This document shows positions 38,964 through 51,310 of a DNA stretch of 64,000 nucleotides, in pieces (position 1 is the first letter of the stretch; each line of letters starts with the position of its first letter). This DNA comes from Euprymna scolopes. Taxonomy: Eukaryota. Location: the NCBI GenBank assembly GCA_053919585.1, contig CM132785.1. One strand, given 5' to 3'. The notes under the pieces were generated by a model. It ran no database searches and had not been told where the DNA came from. It saw only the letters and a list, made by a program, of their open reading frames with translations. A program made the translations under genes and the position numbers.

Positions 38964-41158
38964 TTTTATTTTAAGATAACTTAGGTCAGTGTAATATTAG
39001 GAGAAAGTAATATATGCGAGAGTAAAAAGGCACTTTCAATGATGATAGACCCAAATTTCTCATTGAGTAATATTAAACGAAAACAATATAAAACCAGTTT
39101 TAATGCTTATTCAGAATTCTGTGTTCTTCTCTGTGCGCGACCTAACCATTGCCCACTAATGTACTCGACTCGGAGAATACGGACTACGAACAATAAGCAT
39201 CTGAAAAAAGGCGAAGTGTACAATAGCCGAAAAAACAACGAAATAAACTAGGTCATCAGTGGGAATTTCACAAATAATCAGTGGTGCCCGTGATTTGAGA
39301 TCGTGTTAAATTGTAATTACCTCCCTTGCTCGATAGAACGAAATGCTTAATGTAACAAAGTTTTTGCTCAGAATTTTAAGTACCAGAAACGATTTTTGTT
39401 GTTTTCTGCCTTGTTGCATATTCTTTTATCCCTTCTCCTCCAGCCCCGCTCATTTTGTTTTGCAATTTCAACAAACATGGCGTCTCCGTTGTTGGAAAAT
39501 CTCTACAAATGAGGTCTTTCGAGATTTCAGTTAAAGCCAGCCGAATTAGTTTCAAAGCTTAAAAATAAAATATCCGTAAGCTGCGTCCACCCAATCTTCA
39601 CGTTTAGCGAACAAAATCGTATTCCAAATTTAAGCCTGACAAACATACTGACATTGCATTTGTTTTAAACAAAAACTAGCAAAGCTTCCCGGAATTAGTC
39701 GAGACAATAGTTTTCTGTCAATCTCTTTTCCTCTGCTCTTATGTTCTCCGTTCTCACCCCCCTCTTCTTTCTTTGTCATGTACATTCCTCTCTCTGAACA
39801 CACACAAGCACAATTAGTCAGCGTTAGGAAAATAACTTTAGAAACAAATAGTTATTCCCCTTTAATTAGGGCCGGAAATCAGACTTACACGATAACATTA
39901 AAATATGTATGGGCATCTTTATAACATTAAATTATATAAATGACTTTTTGACTCCCAAATAATGAATCTTATTTTTAAAGTTTTGATATTATACATCCGA
40001 CCGGTACTACAATATTTTAATTTGAGAAGTGATTTTTTCGAGTTTTAGCTAGACATACAGGCAGACAATTGCTCACTATGTCTGATTTGCATTTTATTTT
40101 CATAAGCACGTTACTGCTTACCGATCTCAAAAGATATCTAGAAGATAAAGGCGAAGTTTGTCAGGCAGACTGAAATATCGAAGGTATTAGTAACGATATA
40201 TGTAACTGGTCAGAATTGATTATTTAAGAGAACGACTGAAAAATAATTTGGTTAAATTGGACTTGAAAGCGGCTATGTTGTATTCAACTATGAAGCAGCC
40301 CAGTGATACTGTGTCCCGCAAGGGCGCATTTGTAGAAAAGAAATTTTGCTTGTGAAAGTTCCACTTATATCTGGGTACATTGAGGAAAATAAAATTTATT
40401 GACAGTTGTTATAGACGGATGAGGTTTTGTTGCAAATGCTTTATAGGGAAGGGAGGTAGGATATGGATTGATGCTCAGTCGAGCACTTGCCATGATAATG
40501 ATAGAATAAAGAAAGAGTAGCAATTTTTTTCTGTGAGAAACAAGCTGTGGGTGGGGAGAATACATCAACTGATGTAGCTATTTAATTTACACATTTAAAA
40601 ATGAATAAAAACTAATACCGATTTAAGTATGACAGACTGACGGACAATGCTTCATATAGGAATGCGAGGATGCATCTGAAAAATAAATCAAGTACAGTTG
40701 TCATGCAGTTTTTTTTCATTTCTTTTCACCTTGTCCATTTTTATCGGTATTTATTTTTGTTATTATTAGTTACTGGGATTCATGTTAGGTGTCCTGCCAA
40801 ATCGAACATTCCTCCAAGTTGTTGCATTTAGAATTTCCTACCTGCTTTTTGTTTCCACAACTGTACCAAATGCAAACTAACAAACGGTCCTTTTCAAACC
40901 CAGATACTTGTGTTGCCCTTTAACGTAATCAAATCTTGTTAATTCAGCCAATTAATCTCATTAACTCTTTGGTACTTGTGCTGAATACGGACTGTGCTGA
41001 AATAGTGCCATTACTATTACAAAATCCATTTTTAACATCGTTTTGTAACTATTATCTACTTTCAACAAACAATTTATTAAACAAAAGATGTAAAAATTGG
41101 ATTTAATTTGAAAATCATATCTAAAAATAGCACTATTCGAATTTTGCATAAGTATCAG

Positions 41159-41160
<2 letters not shown>

Positions 41161-41224
<64 letters not shown>
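41161..41224. repeat. (TG)n microsatellite
   Basis: Direct reading. Confidence 0.97.
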
Positions 41225-41228
<4 letters not shown>

Positions 41229-42593
41229 GCCTTGATAAGCGAAGATTCTTTGTCGAAATAAAGAATGGATTGATATGCTAAACTAGACAAACAAAAGCAA
41301 ACTACCAACTAAAAAGAAAACCCATAAAAATGCTTAGTCATGAACTAGGTGCTTTATAAAAAAAGGTCAACCTGTAACCTTTCACCAACAGCCACCCGGG
41401 GTGCATCTACGCTTCGTGGCTGCTTGTTTACCCTTGGCGCATTAACATGCTGAGACGACATCAAATTCACATCTGCGAACTGACATATAGCCTAACGAAC
41501 CACAACTGAATGTCAAGCCCCATAGTGTATCTTTTACATATCTTCTATTTATATCTATATAAAAATATGAGAAACTTATATATAAAATACAAAAATAGTA
41601 TGTAATCCACTTTTTTTGCTTTCATTTTTGTTGTTGCAACAACATCCATCCTGGCCGGATTGAGCCGGCTTATACTCTGATCAGCACTACATTTCAAATC
41701 TTGGCGGTTCTGAAAAAGGCTGCATGAGATGGCTAACCAATCATGATTTCAGCGTTGATAGCCGACCACGAGTTAACTTGAGTTTCACCAAGTCCTCTTC
41801 GGTGGTTGTTGCCCAAATGCTCATCTGTCTACTAACACACACGGAGGAATAGTATTTTGTGTCGGATACATGGTGAATGAAGAATTTAGAAATTGTGCTA
41901 GGTACCAAAAACGGGCAGTTAATCTAAAAAAAAGATATTAGTGTGCATTCATCATCTTAGTGAGTTTTTTTGTCTTTTTAATAATTGACCGACAAATGTA
42001 TGAGACTGTACTGCTTCTCAGACCAGACAAGTATTGGTTTCGTCTTTAATTCGGCAAATGTTTTGACAATACTCTCAAAAGTCCCACCACAAAGAACACC
42101 AAATTCTGGCAAGTTCCCGTCAACTCTGTGAACGATTTTGCAAGAGTGTAGCTGGTTTTAAGAACCATCTACTTGCGCATGGGCGCTCTACATCAATCAA
42201 AAGAGGTAGCAGGCTTCTGTCAAAAAGTAGCAATCATTATATTAATTACATAAAATCTAATAAACTTATTTCTAAAACATTTTTTACACATAGTTATTTT
42301 TACACATTTTCAAAACGTACATTTTCTAATAAATTCAAGATATTATAAAATACTTGTTCGGTGAAGTTTTCTATCAAATTAAACCATCATAATCCTTAAC
42401 ATCAACACTGTTCTCGTCATTTAACATATGTATTTAGCTCCATGAACCAGTAAAAATGTGATTTACATCTTTGTGTGTAAATATCAAAATTAACATGAGA
42501 AGACACATGAAAAAAAATGGTCTTATTTTCTGTCATAATTAAATAACTAACAGAGGAACTTGAGAAAATCCACACGAAAAACTATATAAGAAC

Positions 42594-42670
42594 GTTATCC
42601 TCATCTTTATAGTTGTTGTTTCACAACGTTTCGCAAACTATCCCTCTGATCTTCGTCAGGTGGTTAACCA
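42594..42670 (-). ncRNA. Inverted copy of second hammerhead unit plus tail
   Basis: Minus strand: cac-CTGACGA-agatcagagggatagtttgc-GAAACGTT-gtg..caactataaagatgaggataac; stem II degenerate. Confidence 0.6.
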
Positions 42671-42810
42671 CAAATAAATATACAACTTACTCATCTCAAA
42701 GGATTCCAATAATAAAATAATATACCATTCGGTACAAACACGTCGATGGAAAGAACGAAAGACTTGGATTTATGAGACCAAAAATATCCAACATTGACCG
42801 CCCTCTTTTA

Positions 42811-43143
42811 GGGCCCATGGCGCAATTGATAGACGCGTTGAGTCTCTACGGTTCCAGGTGAGTATTGTTTAAAGATAGCGGTGTCAATCCTACCCAAAGT
42901 CGGCCAGAGGATTAGTTGGCCAAAACGGAGTGAGATAATAACAACTATGGAAGGCAGTAATTACTGAGAATACAGTTAACACTTGGCATTCATATCCCGT
43001 CGCGGTTAAAACCCTGACGAAAGACCAAGAAATAGTTGACTGAAACGTTGTGAAACAACTATAAAGATGAGGATAACAATCCATAAATAAATCATATACA
43101 CACAAATTACTCATCGCAAAGGATTCCAATGATAAAATTATAT
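42811..43143 (+). mobile_element. tRNA-Arg-headed element with two hammerhead-like units (copy A)
   Basis: GGGCCCATGGCGCAATTGATAGACGCGT..CTACGG resembles the tRNA-Arg(ACG) 5' half; GGCCA/TGGCC stem plus aaaacg at ~42902-42927; CTGACGA..GAAACGTTgtg at 43014-43052; tail aaagatgaggataac. Confidence 0.65.
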
Positions 43144-44023
43144 AAGATTGTCTTAAAACCCACGTAAGCTCTTACACACACTCATATACGAGTTGTGAGA
43201 TTGTGAAAGTTAAACCGGAATAGCATTTACGCTGATGTATTTTATACATTCTACACATCAAGTAACAAAAAAGTATTGATATTTAGTCTGCATAAATTCA
43301 GGCCTCTGTATTTCGCACCGTTTCCATCACGTGACATCGTTTGGAAATGAGCGGTCTGTTGGTCTCCAGAAAATAGTGTTTGAAACGTTGCAGGAATGTT
43401 CCGTGTTAGCTGTAGGCCACGGTCTGCTTACTTCGGCGCAATGCGGCCGTTGAAGTGTATAATTTTATTTCCTTTCCGTTCCAGGCCACGAATGTCAAGA
43501 GTACCAGGCTGATCGACGCCAACCATATACAGATAGCATTGTCACACAAATGCAAGAAACTATAACTGACGCTTAAGGCACTTATGCGAAATATTTTCTT
43601 CTTAGAATTGATATGCATAGTATTGAAATCAGATACAGAGGATTGTCTTAGGAGAGAACGCGACTTGACAATCACTCTATAATTTATGTTATTATTTATG
43701 GGTATATAATAATTAGATGTTTAATAGTAAGGGTTTTCACGCCCTGATCTGTTATATCTCATACATCCAAGTGAGAAAACGTAGACATAGAACCAAAGCA
43801 TATAGTAACTTCAGTTTTTCAGATGAACGTAAAACGAAACTGTCAGTCGCTGTGTGCTGTTGAGTGCCTCTGCCTTTCAATCATTGAATTATATTTACAC
43901 TTTCATCGATATTGAGCACTTTCATTTTGAATATAGAAGCATCTACATAGGTAAGGATAATTGAGCACTCAGCTGGGATTGTAAGAAAATTTCCAAAATA
44001 AAAGCGGAATATTCATGTTACAA

Positions 44024-44245
44024 AAGATCAGAATAACATTGGTACCGTCCGTTTCAAATCCAAACAAAGGAAATCCATAGCTAGTTGACGATGTTATTCT
44101 GATCATCTGGAACACTTATGCCTGTTTTTTCAGCTTCTGATTATGTATATTCTAACAGATATAAATAGAGGCTGAAGAAAGTTCGACATAGGCGATAAAA
44201 TATGAGTTTCCTTTGTTTGGATTTGAAACTGACGGTACCGATTTT
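44024..44245. repeat. Palindromic element with degenerate HHR-like cores
   Basis: ggtaccgtccgtttcaaatccaaacaaaggaaa / tttcctttgtttggatttgaaactgacggtacc (33-bp arms); ggCTGAAGA at ~44169. Confidence 0.6.
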
Positions 44246-44746
44246 CTTCTGCCCTTATATATACTTCGCTTTACATATTTATATGTACAGTACTCTGCTC
44301 AAAATTAATCAATAACTATGAAAATTGTAACACAGCAGCTAGACATGAGGAGAGGTAAATGTGTACTATATTTAGTTAAATTTATTTATGCAAAAGAGTG
44401 TAAAAGGTGGAAACCCTGTATAAACATTCAGATACCCTAGTTTTTAATTTTTAACGATAGTATTACACATCAATCAATAAGTATTTCCTAAATATTTTAA
44501 TTTTTTTAGTATATGAAAGGATTTGCAAGGGACATATGGGCACAAAATCCTATTTGAAAATTCAAATATTTCAAATTGGCATTAAATTTTAACCTCAACC
44601 ATTAGACACTAATTAAGCAAGAATTCCTATATTTCAATTTCTTAAGACTCCTTAAGCTTTAACCTTAAATTTGAGATGTTTTCAAGAATCAACGTAATAT
44701 AATGGATTCCCATGAAAATTGGAATCTGGATACTAGATATAATATT

Positions 44747-45109
44747 TACGAGGGGCGTTTCAAAACATGCTTTCTATTTTTCATTCCGCCCAAATTTATC
44801 AGAGGGGATTACAAATTGCATTCTTATGATGACTGAAGTAAGACATGTATGTCTTGAAATTTTCATTTCTCTGTTGCAGATATTGACAGTGTGATACTCT
44901 AAGAAAGCAACCCCTGTCTTGGACATGCATCAGAAGCAAAGTCGTTTCATTGAATTCTGGCAAAAGCGCATTGAGAATGGAAGTGACTATGTACAAATTA
45001 AATTCTGGAACACAAGAAGTCTCCCATTTTTATAGTACCGCCCCCATCTTCGTAGTTCAACTTTTTTAGTTAAAGAATAGGAAACCTTACTATTGGAATA
45101 ATCAACGTA
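44747..45109 (+). mobile_element. Mariner-derived non-autonomous remnant
   Basis: TACGAGGGGCG.. and ..atcaacgTA ends; RFIEFWQKRIENGSDYV resembles the mariner C-terminal W.KC...G.Y motif. Confidence 0.6.
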
Positions 45110-45218
45110 TTATTATATGTTGATTTTAATCTTCATAAATAATAGGTAGTGGAAAACTGTTCTGAGAATTAATTTTAACTTTCCTGTGAACGGTATTTAT
45201 CCCGTATGTGTGTCTGCG

Positions 45219-45271
<53 letters not shown>

Positions 45272-46373
45272 GTAATTTTAATTATATTTTAGGCAAATGC
45301 TTATATTTTCTTTATTCGTGACAAGGAAGAAAATATAGACATTTGCTTAAACAAGAACCCAAATTTGTCCAGCTGGGTGAACTTGAGTCCTTGTACCAGA
45401 AAAATATCCAATAAATAAAACGTTGTTTAGTAAATCGTTATTTCTTGCATTTTTTGCGTATTTCCCTACACCAAACATTGATATACATATCACTAAAACA
45501 TCCGCTGGGTCATAAGCTTAATTTCGGTACCTTACTTGCCTGGGTGCGTTGCCTGTAGGCATAGATAAACCGCGTCACACACACACACACACACATTAGG
45601 AAAATTCATAAAATTAAGATTATATTTGAAACAAATAAAAATATAAAAAATAAATGATTGTGACCTGATTTTCTTTTAATCATTGGAATATATGCTCTGA
45701 AGCCGGGAACATAGCTTCATTAATAATTCTTATTTGTAACAATTTGGACTTCTTTCTAAGAAATATATACCTACAAATATTTTTATATAACCTCAAGAAT
45801 ATAATTAAATCAACAATAAAGGAGAAAATGTATTATTGATTATGTCTTCCATTCATGCACACACACACACACACATGCATACATATGTGTAATACATTGT
45901 ATCGGACACGTGTCAGATTCCGCCCCTCTAGGGATACCGGTTAAATGCCTCCAACTGAAGCTCGAAAATAGAAGTGTTCATTTCCAGCACTTCCGGTTTC
46001 ATAAAAACCACTTGGCAATCACTCCGAAATTGTTAATATCAAAATTTATCGAGTTGATAAAATTGGAGTTGGCAATCGAAAGAAGCCTTTTCTCCTTCTA
46101 TGACCCCCCCCTTTTCATTATGAGAATGGCTAATATTACATCACGGTGATAGTTTATTTTTCTTTATTTCCAGTGAGATGCCAATGAATGAATAACAAGG
46201 TCTAAATGATTGACCGCAATCGCCATAAAAACTATATAAAATAAATCCCTCCTCTGTGATTAGACTATATTCAGGCAAATCACTTCGATTGGATAGCTAG
46301 CAGTGGGTGACACTCATATGGGTGCTGTGGAACTGAAGCACACCCTATTAATATTTACACACTTGTGCACACA

Positions 46374-46408
<35 letters not shown>

Positions 46409-46766
46409 ATATATAGTTCAATTAATTTACGAATTTGTGTCAAAAACATTTTTATCAATACAATTGTTTCTGCCAAAACGTACATTGTGTTTTGGTAATA
46501 AAATCAAATTGTTTTCAAAAAGTTCCGTCAGTGAATTTTCTATCAAATTAAACAAAATAAAAATGGAGCTGTTAATATCGAACTTCTCTTTTAATTTTAT
46601 TTTTCCGTTTATTCAAAGATCAGTGAAAATTTGTTACATGCATCTTATATGTCAATTAAATATCAAAGACACTCGAAAAATTAAATTCATAATATCTTAA
46701 ATTCATATATCTAAGAGAATAGACATTAAAACTATGGAGATAGAAAAAAAATATCCCACGTAATTT

Positions 46767-46803
<37 letters not shown>

Positions 46804-47469
46804 AAATAAACGAATTTAAAAATACGATTTATTTGCTAATAGTAAATCGTGCAGGGGATGCTCAATAGACCTTTACTAAAGGAAAATTAACTGATGACTG
46901 ATGAAAATATTTTATTTACTGTTTTTTTACATGATGTAATGTATTTTCTCCGTCTTCAGTTATTTTTTTCGTTTATATCTTTATCATTATCTATATTCTG
47001 ATTTTGCTTCTTGTATTCGACGATGAGACGATTTCATGTTTTAAATAAGGGATGACAGGTGTTATATATATATATATTGGGAGATTTTAACCTTTAAAAC
47101 TATACAAAAAAATGTTATCATTCGTTAGAAAACCATTAAGTCAGTCATTCAATCACCTGTAATCACTGCATAAACTTGCTCTCTCGAATGCACTATAGTA
47201 CCTGTAATAATTTTAAGGGATCATCAGTTGTTTACCATGAAACACTGTTTCGGGGATTTAAAAACAAAACAGTATATTACATCATGGCTCCTCAGCAGTG
47301 TTGATCAAACACCACCTCCCTTAATCTTAGGAAAAAAATGTTACAAATATTAGATCTAGTTTCCTATTTTTAATTACTATCTAACCGATTCATGTTATAA
47401 AAATGAATTTCTTACCTGTGAGATTCGTCTGTTTCTAAATTCAAAATGGATATATTTTTTAATTTACCA

Positions 47470-47503
<34 letters not shown>

Positions 47504-47505
<2 letters not shown>

Positions 47506-47702
47506 GCGTGGTTCGGATGCTAAAGAATGAGGGTGCAGAGTTGCATGTTTTGGTTTCGATTTTAGCTGATCTCATTGCAATATATCAGTTTTAATATAAT
47601 AATCGATACAAATTATCTCTATAATAATAAATACGTAATCTGCATGAATTAAAATATATTTAATCGTATCTTATGACCGGGCAATGCCGAGTGGCTTGTT
47701 AG
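47504..47702 (+). mobile_element. tRNA-like head joined to Helitron family A 3' end
   Basis: gggcgTGGTTCGGATGctaa..GGTTTCGATTttagctga .. gaccgggcaatgccgagtggcttgTTAG|T. Confidence 0.55.
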
Positions 47703-47815
47703 TATACATATGAGAGACAAATTTTAAAATGGGACTCAAATAGAATTCAAGCTAACATACGAAATTTGATTTTGTCTCGCCAGTTGCCATACGTTAATGT
47801 TTACCATGTTATTAA

Positions 47816-47990
47816 TAGGGCTATGACAAGAGAATATTCTTTTCATTGTTTTGACTCTCGAGTATATATCCGATATAGTTACAGTTAATTAATCGAGAAC
47901 CGCATCACTCTATCTAAAAACATACGATATTAACTGATATATACTCGAGAGTCAAAATAATGAAAAGAATATTCTCTTGCCATAGCCCTA
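47816..47990. repeat. Near-perfect palindromic (fold-back/MITE-like) element
   Basis: 55-bp arms with 2 differences and a 65-bp spacer. Confidence 0.9.
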
Positions 47991-49009
47991 GTTATTAGCG
48001 GTGATAACGTACTTCCTCACAGTTTAGTTTTAATAAAACTATGCACTCTTGTCGCAACAACTGGTTACAGAAAAAACTTTTTCAATTATGACTAAAAACT
48101 AAAACCCAGCTAGGTGAACAAAATACACACACATACATAATCTCTATTTTCTGCTCCGATGGTTGTGTCATTTATTATGCAAACCTATCCTTTAAGTCTT
48201 GTAACTGTTATTTGACGAGTGACATTATGAGCGGATCGTGGTGCATTTATTACGATAATACATTTGGCTCCGAGAATAGAACATTCTTTGTCGATTTGGA
48301 GCTCATAAAACTTAAGTACTTTTATCGTCTATCTTTCTAATTCCAAATAAGATTATTTAGTCATCATTTCTATTGTGCATTATTTTCTCCACGACAGTGT
48401 TAAGTTGATCTAATTACCATCACATCATTTGGAGTGCACAAAGATTCTACGTTTTCTGATGGATCAAAAAAATTTCTGACCGTCCAATAAAAGGTTTCCA
48501 CAATAAAATATTAAGAGTCCCCCCTGAGTTTTACACATACGGCGGTATCGTCGATATTTATATTTTTGATTCTTTGGTAGTTTATGGACCGTGTTGAAAC
48601 CAATGTTATTTAGAAAAACATTCTTAATATAGGGAGGAGGACTGTTTTTTTTTTTTTTGTTTTTTTATTTTCACTTAACAATTTAATAAACAAAAAATAC
48701 CATCAAAATGGAACTGGAAAATCCTATCTATAAAAAAATAGCAGGGCCAGTAACCTGCACGAGCGTCAGATTTTTTTTTTTTCACCATTTTTGGATGAGA
48801 TTTTTTAGATATATAATTTGTGTTGTTCTGGCAATTGTTTCTATCTAGAATACCATTCTCACGGCATTCCAGACATATTCAACTGTCTTGTCAACTTTAA
48901 AATCTGCGCGAAATTCGAACGGAACATTTTTTCTCAACAAGTATATCTACCTTCTTTTCCCGTTTGTCGTTACTGGGTAGACATATAAAGTAATTTTATC
49001 ACATTCATG

Positions 49010-49098
49010 GTATTGCCTGTATTGAGGATTGAACATTCAGCCTTCTGATAACTGATACTTAAGAACTGAACTTTATTTAGCACTTTGCGCCATGGTCT
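49010..49098 (-). mobile_element. tRNA-derived SINE head fragment
   Basis: Minus strand agaccaTGGCGCAAAGTG .. GTTCAATCC. Confidence 0.4.
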
Positions 49099-50782
49099 AT
49101 GGCCGACAAAACAAGAATAATCTACCCCTGTAGGTTAAAAATGGTTCAGTTCAATTGTAGCGATTGAAAATGAATTGAATGCCGCCATTTTAGGTTTTGC
49201 AAGGAAATGTAACAAGAGAAATATTTTGTACTTATTTTTTTGACTACTGTTCAAAAATCCGTGATGTAACGGATAGAATACTATGTAAAATTCAGTTTTA
49301 AGTGATACTCTTCTGGCGATTGAAGCTCTAATCTCCAGTGCAGTCGATACTCAAAATACAATTATGAATTGCTTAAAATTTATACCCGGTCATGGCTGAC
49401 GGTACGAGAGCATGCTACCGCTGTGGATTAAATAAAGAGGTTCATTGCAATTCCATGGAAATTCTAGAATTCGATAGAAGGATTTCTGAGTTAAAGATAC
49501 ACCTAAAGGCCATAGGTTACGTGTACGAATTACACGCAAGATTAGAAAAATAAAAGCAATATTTATTTAAACATTTTCTCATATGAACTGTAGAATTTTT
49601 ACGTGTCCTGTTAGTTTCAAATTATTAAATGAACGTGATCCAATTTTCATCCTATAAGACTAGTTTTTTTTTTCTTAGTGTAATTTAGCTTCAAGTCAAC
49701 AAGTCTTTTATTTCAACTCCCGTTTTCTTTTAATAACTTTCCTCTCTCTTCTCCATTTGGTGACTCCGACCTGATTTGTCAAATATGAAGATCTGCTTTA
49801 GTAATGTCGAAAGAGGTATACATTGAAGAAAGCTTTCAAATCCGCTTACCTGACACATTAAGTAGTTGTACTTATATGAACACTTGTGATTTTACATAGT
49901 ATATATTATTAATGTTGTTTCATATATAAAGTTTTTACTGTTCGCAAATTTCCTATTTCATATTATATATTGTACATGTGTTTTATGCGTTTTTTAGCGA
50001 GTGACTTTGTTTTCGTGAATGGCGAATTAAGCAGATTTTTGTATTCGTTTTCGTCAATGATTCTGCTTAGTAAGGCTAGATAAGACCAGCTTTTCTACAA
50101 CCCTTTTTTCGGCCTTGTGCCACATTTAGTATCTTTATTTACAAATAACGTTTGAGTGTGTCTAAAATTCGGTATGGCGCCAAGAATACACACGTTTTTG
50201 GTTTCGCATTCATTGACACATTCTCCACTTCACCTGTTCACCGAGCTATAACTCGCTACTACAGTAACTCTTATTGGAGAGCCAGTCGTAGGAATGCGAA
50301 TCTACAAGAAAAACCATCCGCACGTACGAGTAATACTTACGTATGCAGCTGACTGGTGTCACTGTATTTGTCATGCTTTTGAGTAGTAAATTAATTGTAT
50401 GTTCGTAAAGCAAATGGAATGTAATTGTAGGAGTTGTTTGCCTCTAAAGGGGGCGTTTTCTCTCTCGTTCTCTCTCTCTCTCCCTCGTCCAGCATTTACA
50501 GTGGATAAACTGACCATTTTATCAATGACCCTTAAAAGTTAACCTTTAAGGAATCTATTATTATATCTTTACTTGGGTATGAGTCGTAAGAGTTTCTTCT
50601 GTATTAATCTAATTAGTCTATTTGTAAGTCATAGAAAGAAATAGAAAAACGGTTATGAGTAACTTCGTTTTGTGAATATAGCAGAAACCTAGAATAAGTA
50701 CTGATCATTTCAGTTCAATTATAGCATAGGGACTATTGAAATAGGTTTCGCTTGTTTTTTCTTCAAGTTTGCTTATCTTAAA

Positions 50783-51310
50783 CTAGCGGGACTTGTAGAA
50801 ATTCTACAATGGCATCTTTCGTATGGAATATATTGTAATCTAGTTAATGCATTGTCAGAATAAACCTGGTTATTACGGTTTATCTCCAATATCCTTGTAG
50901 TAGTCTGTGTTATATTCCCATTGTATGGAGACTCAGCGCGAATAGAAACCCCACGATGTCATACCATCTTTAGACAGAATAGATCATAGCCAAAAGATCA
51001 AGAAGGTATATTTTAGTTTCACATACAGCCCAAGAGGGAAATCATTTTCTTTTATATATATTTTTTTTTTAACTTTGTGTTTTCGGTGATCGGAAGATCT
51101 TGTTTATTAAAAAGGAGGCTGGAAGGTGATAACATACTACAAACATAAAATCAACATATTTATACACTAATTTAATGTTCGTAGTATGTTATCACATTCT
51201 ATCCTCCATTTTTAATAAATAGGATCTCCTGATCGAATAATTTATTAATATAATCTGGAAACCGTGACATACGTACATGCGTTAAAGGTACTACTGGAGT
51301 AATGCATAGA
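50783..51310 (-). mobile_element. Non-autonomous Helitron, family B (both ends intact)
   Basis: A|TCTATGCATT ... TTGTAGAATTTCTACAAGTCCCGCTAG|T: TC start, subterminal hairpin, CTAG end, A|T target. Confidence 0.75.

Noticed and set aside
40180-40330. Possible RT remnant (GIS..W..VPQG-like)
   Set aside because: Too degenerate to support without a search.
42811-42890. Functional tRNA-Arg gene
   Set aside because: No acceptor-stem 3' strand or proper cloverleaf; it is a derived head.
45888-46140. TGT...ACA-bounded solo-LTR-like segment (also 29422-29847)
   Set aside because: No TSD, PBS or PPT, and no second copy in the window.
50340-50362. 21-nt minus-strand micro-exon (cag|...|gtaagt)
   Set aside because: Poor polypyrimidine tract; such pairs occur by chance.
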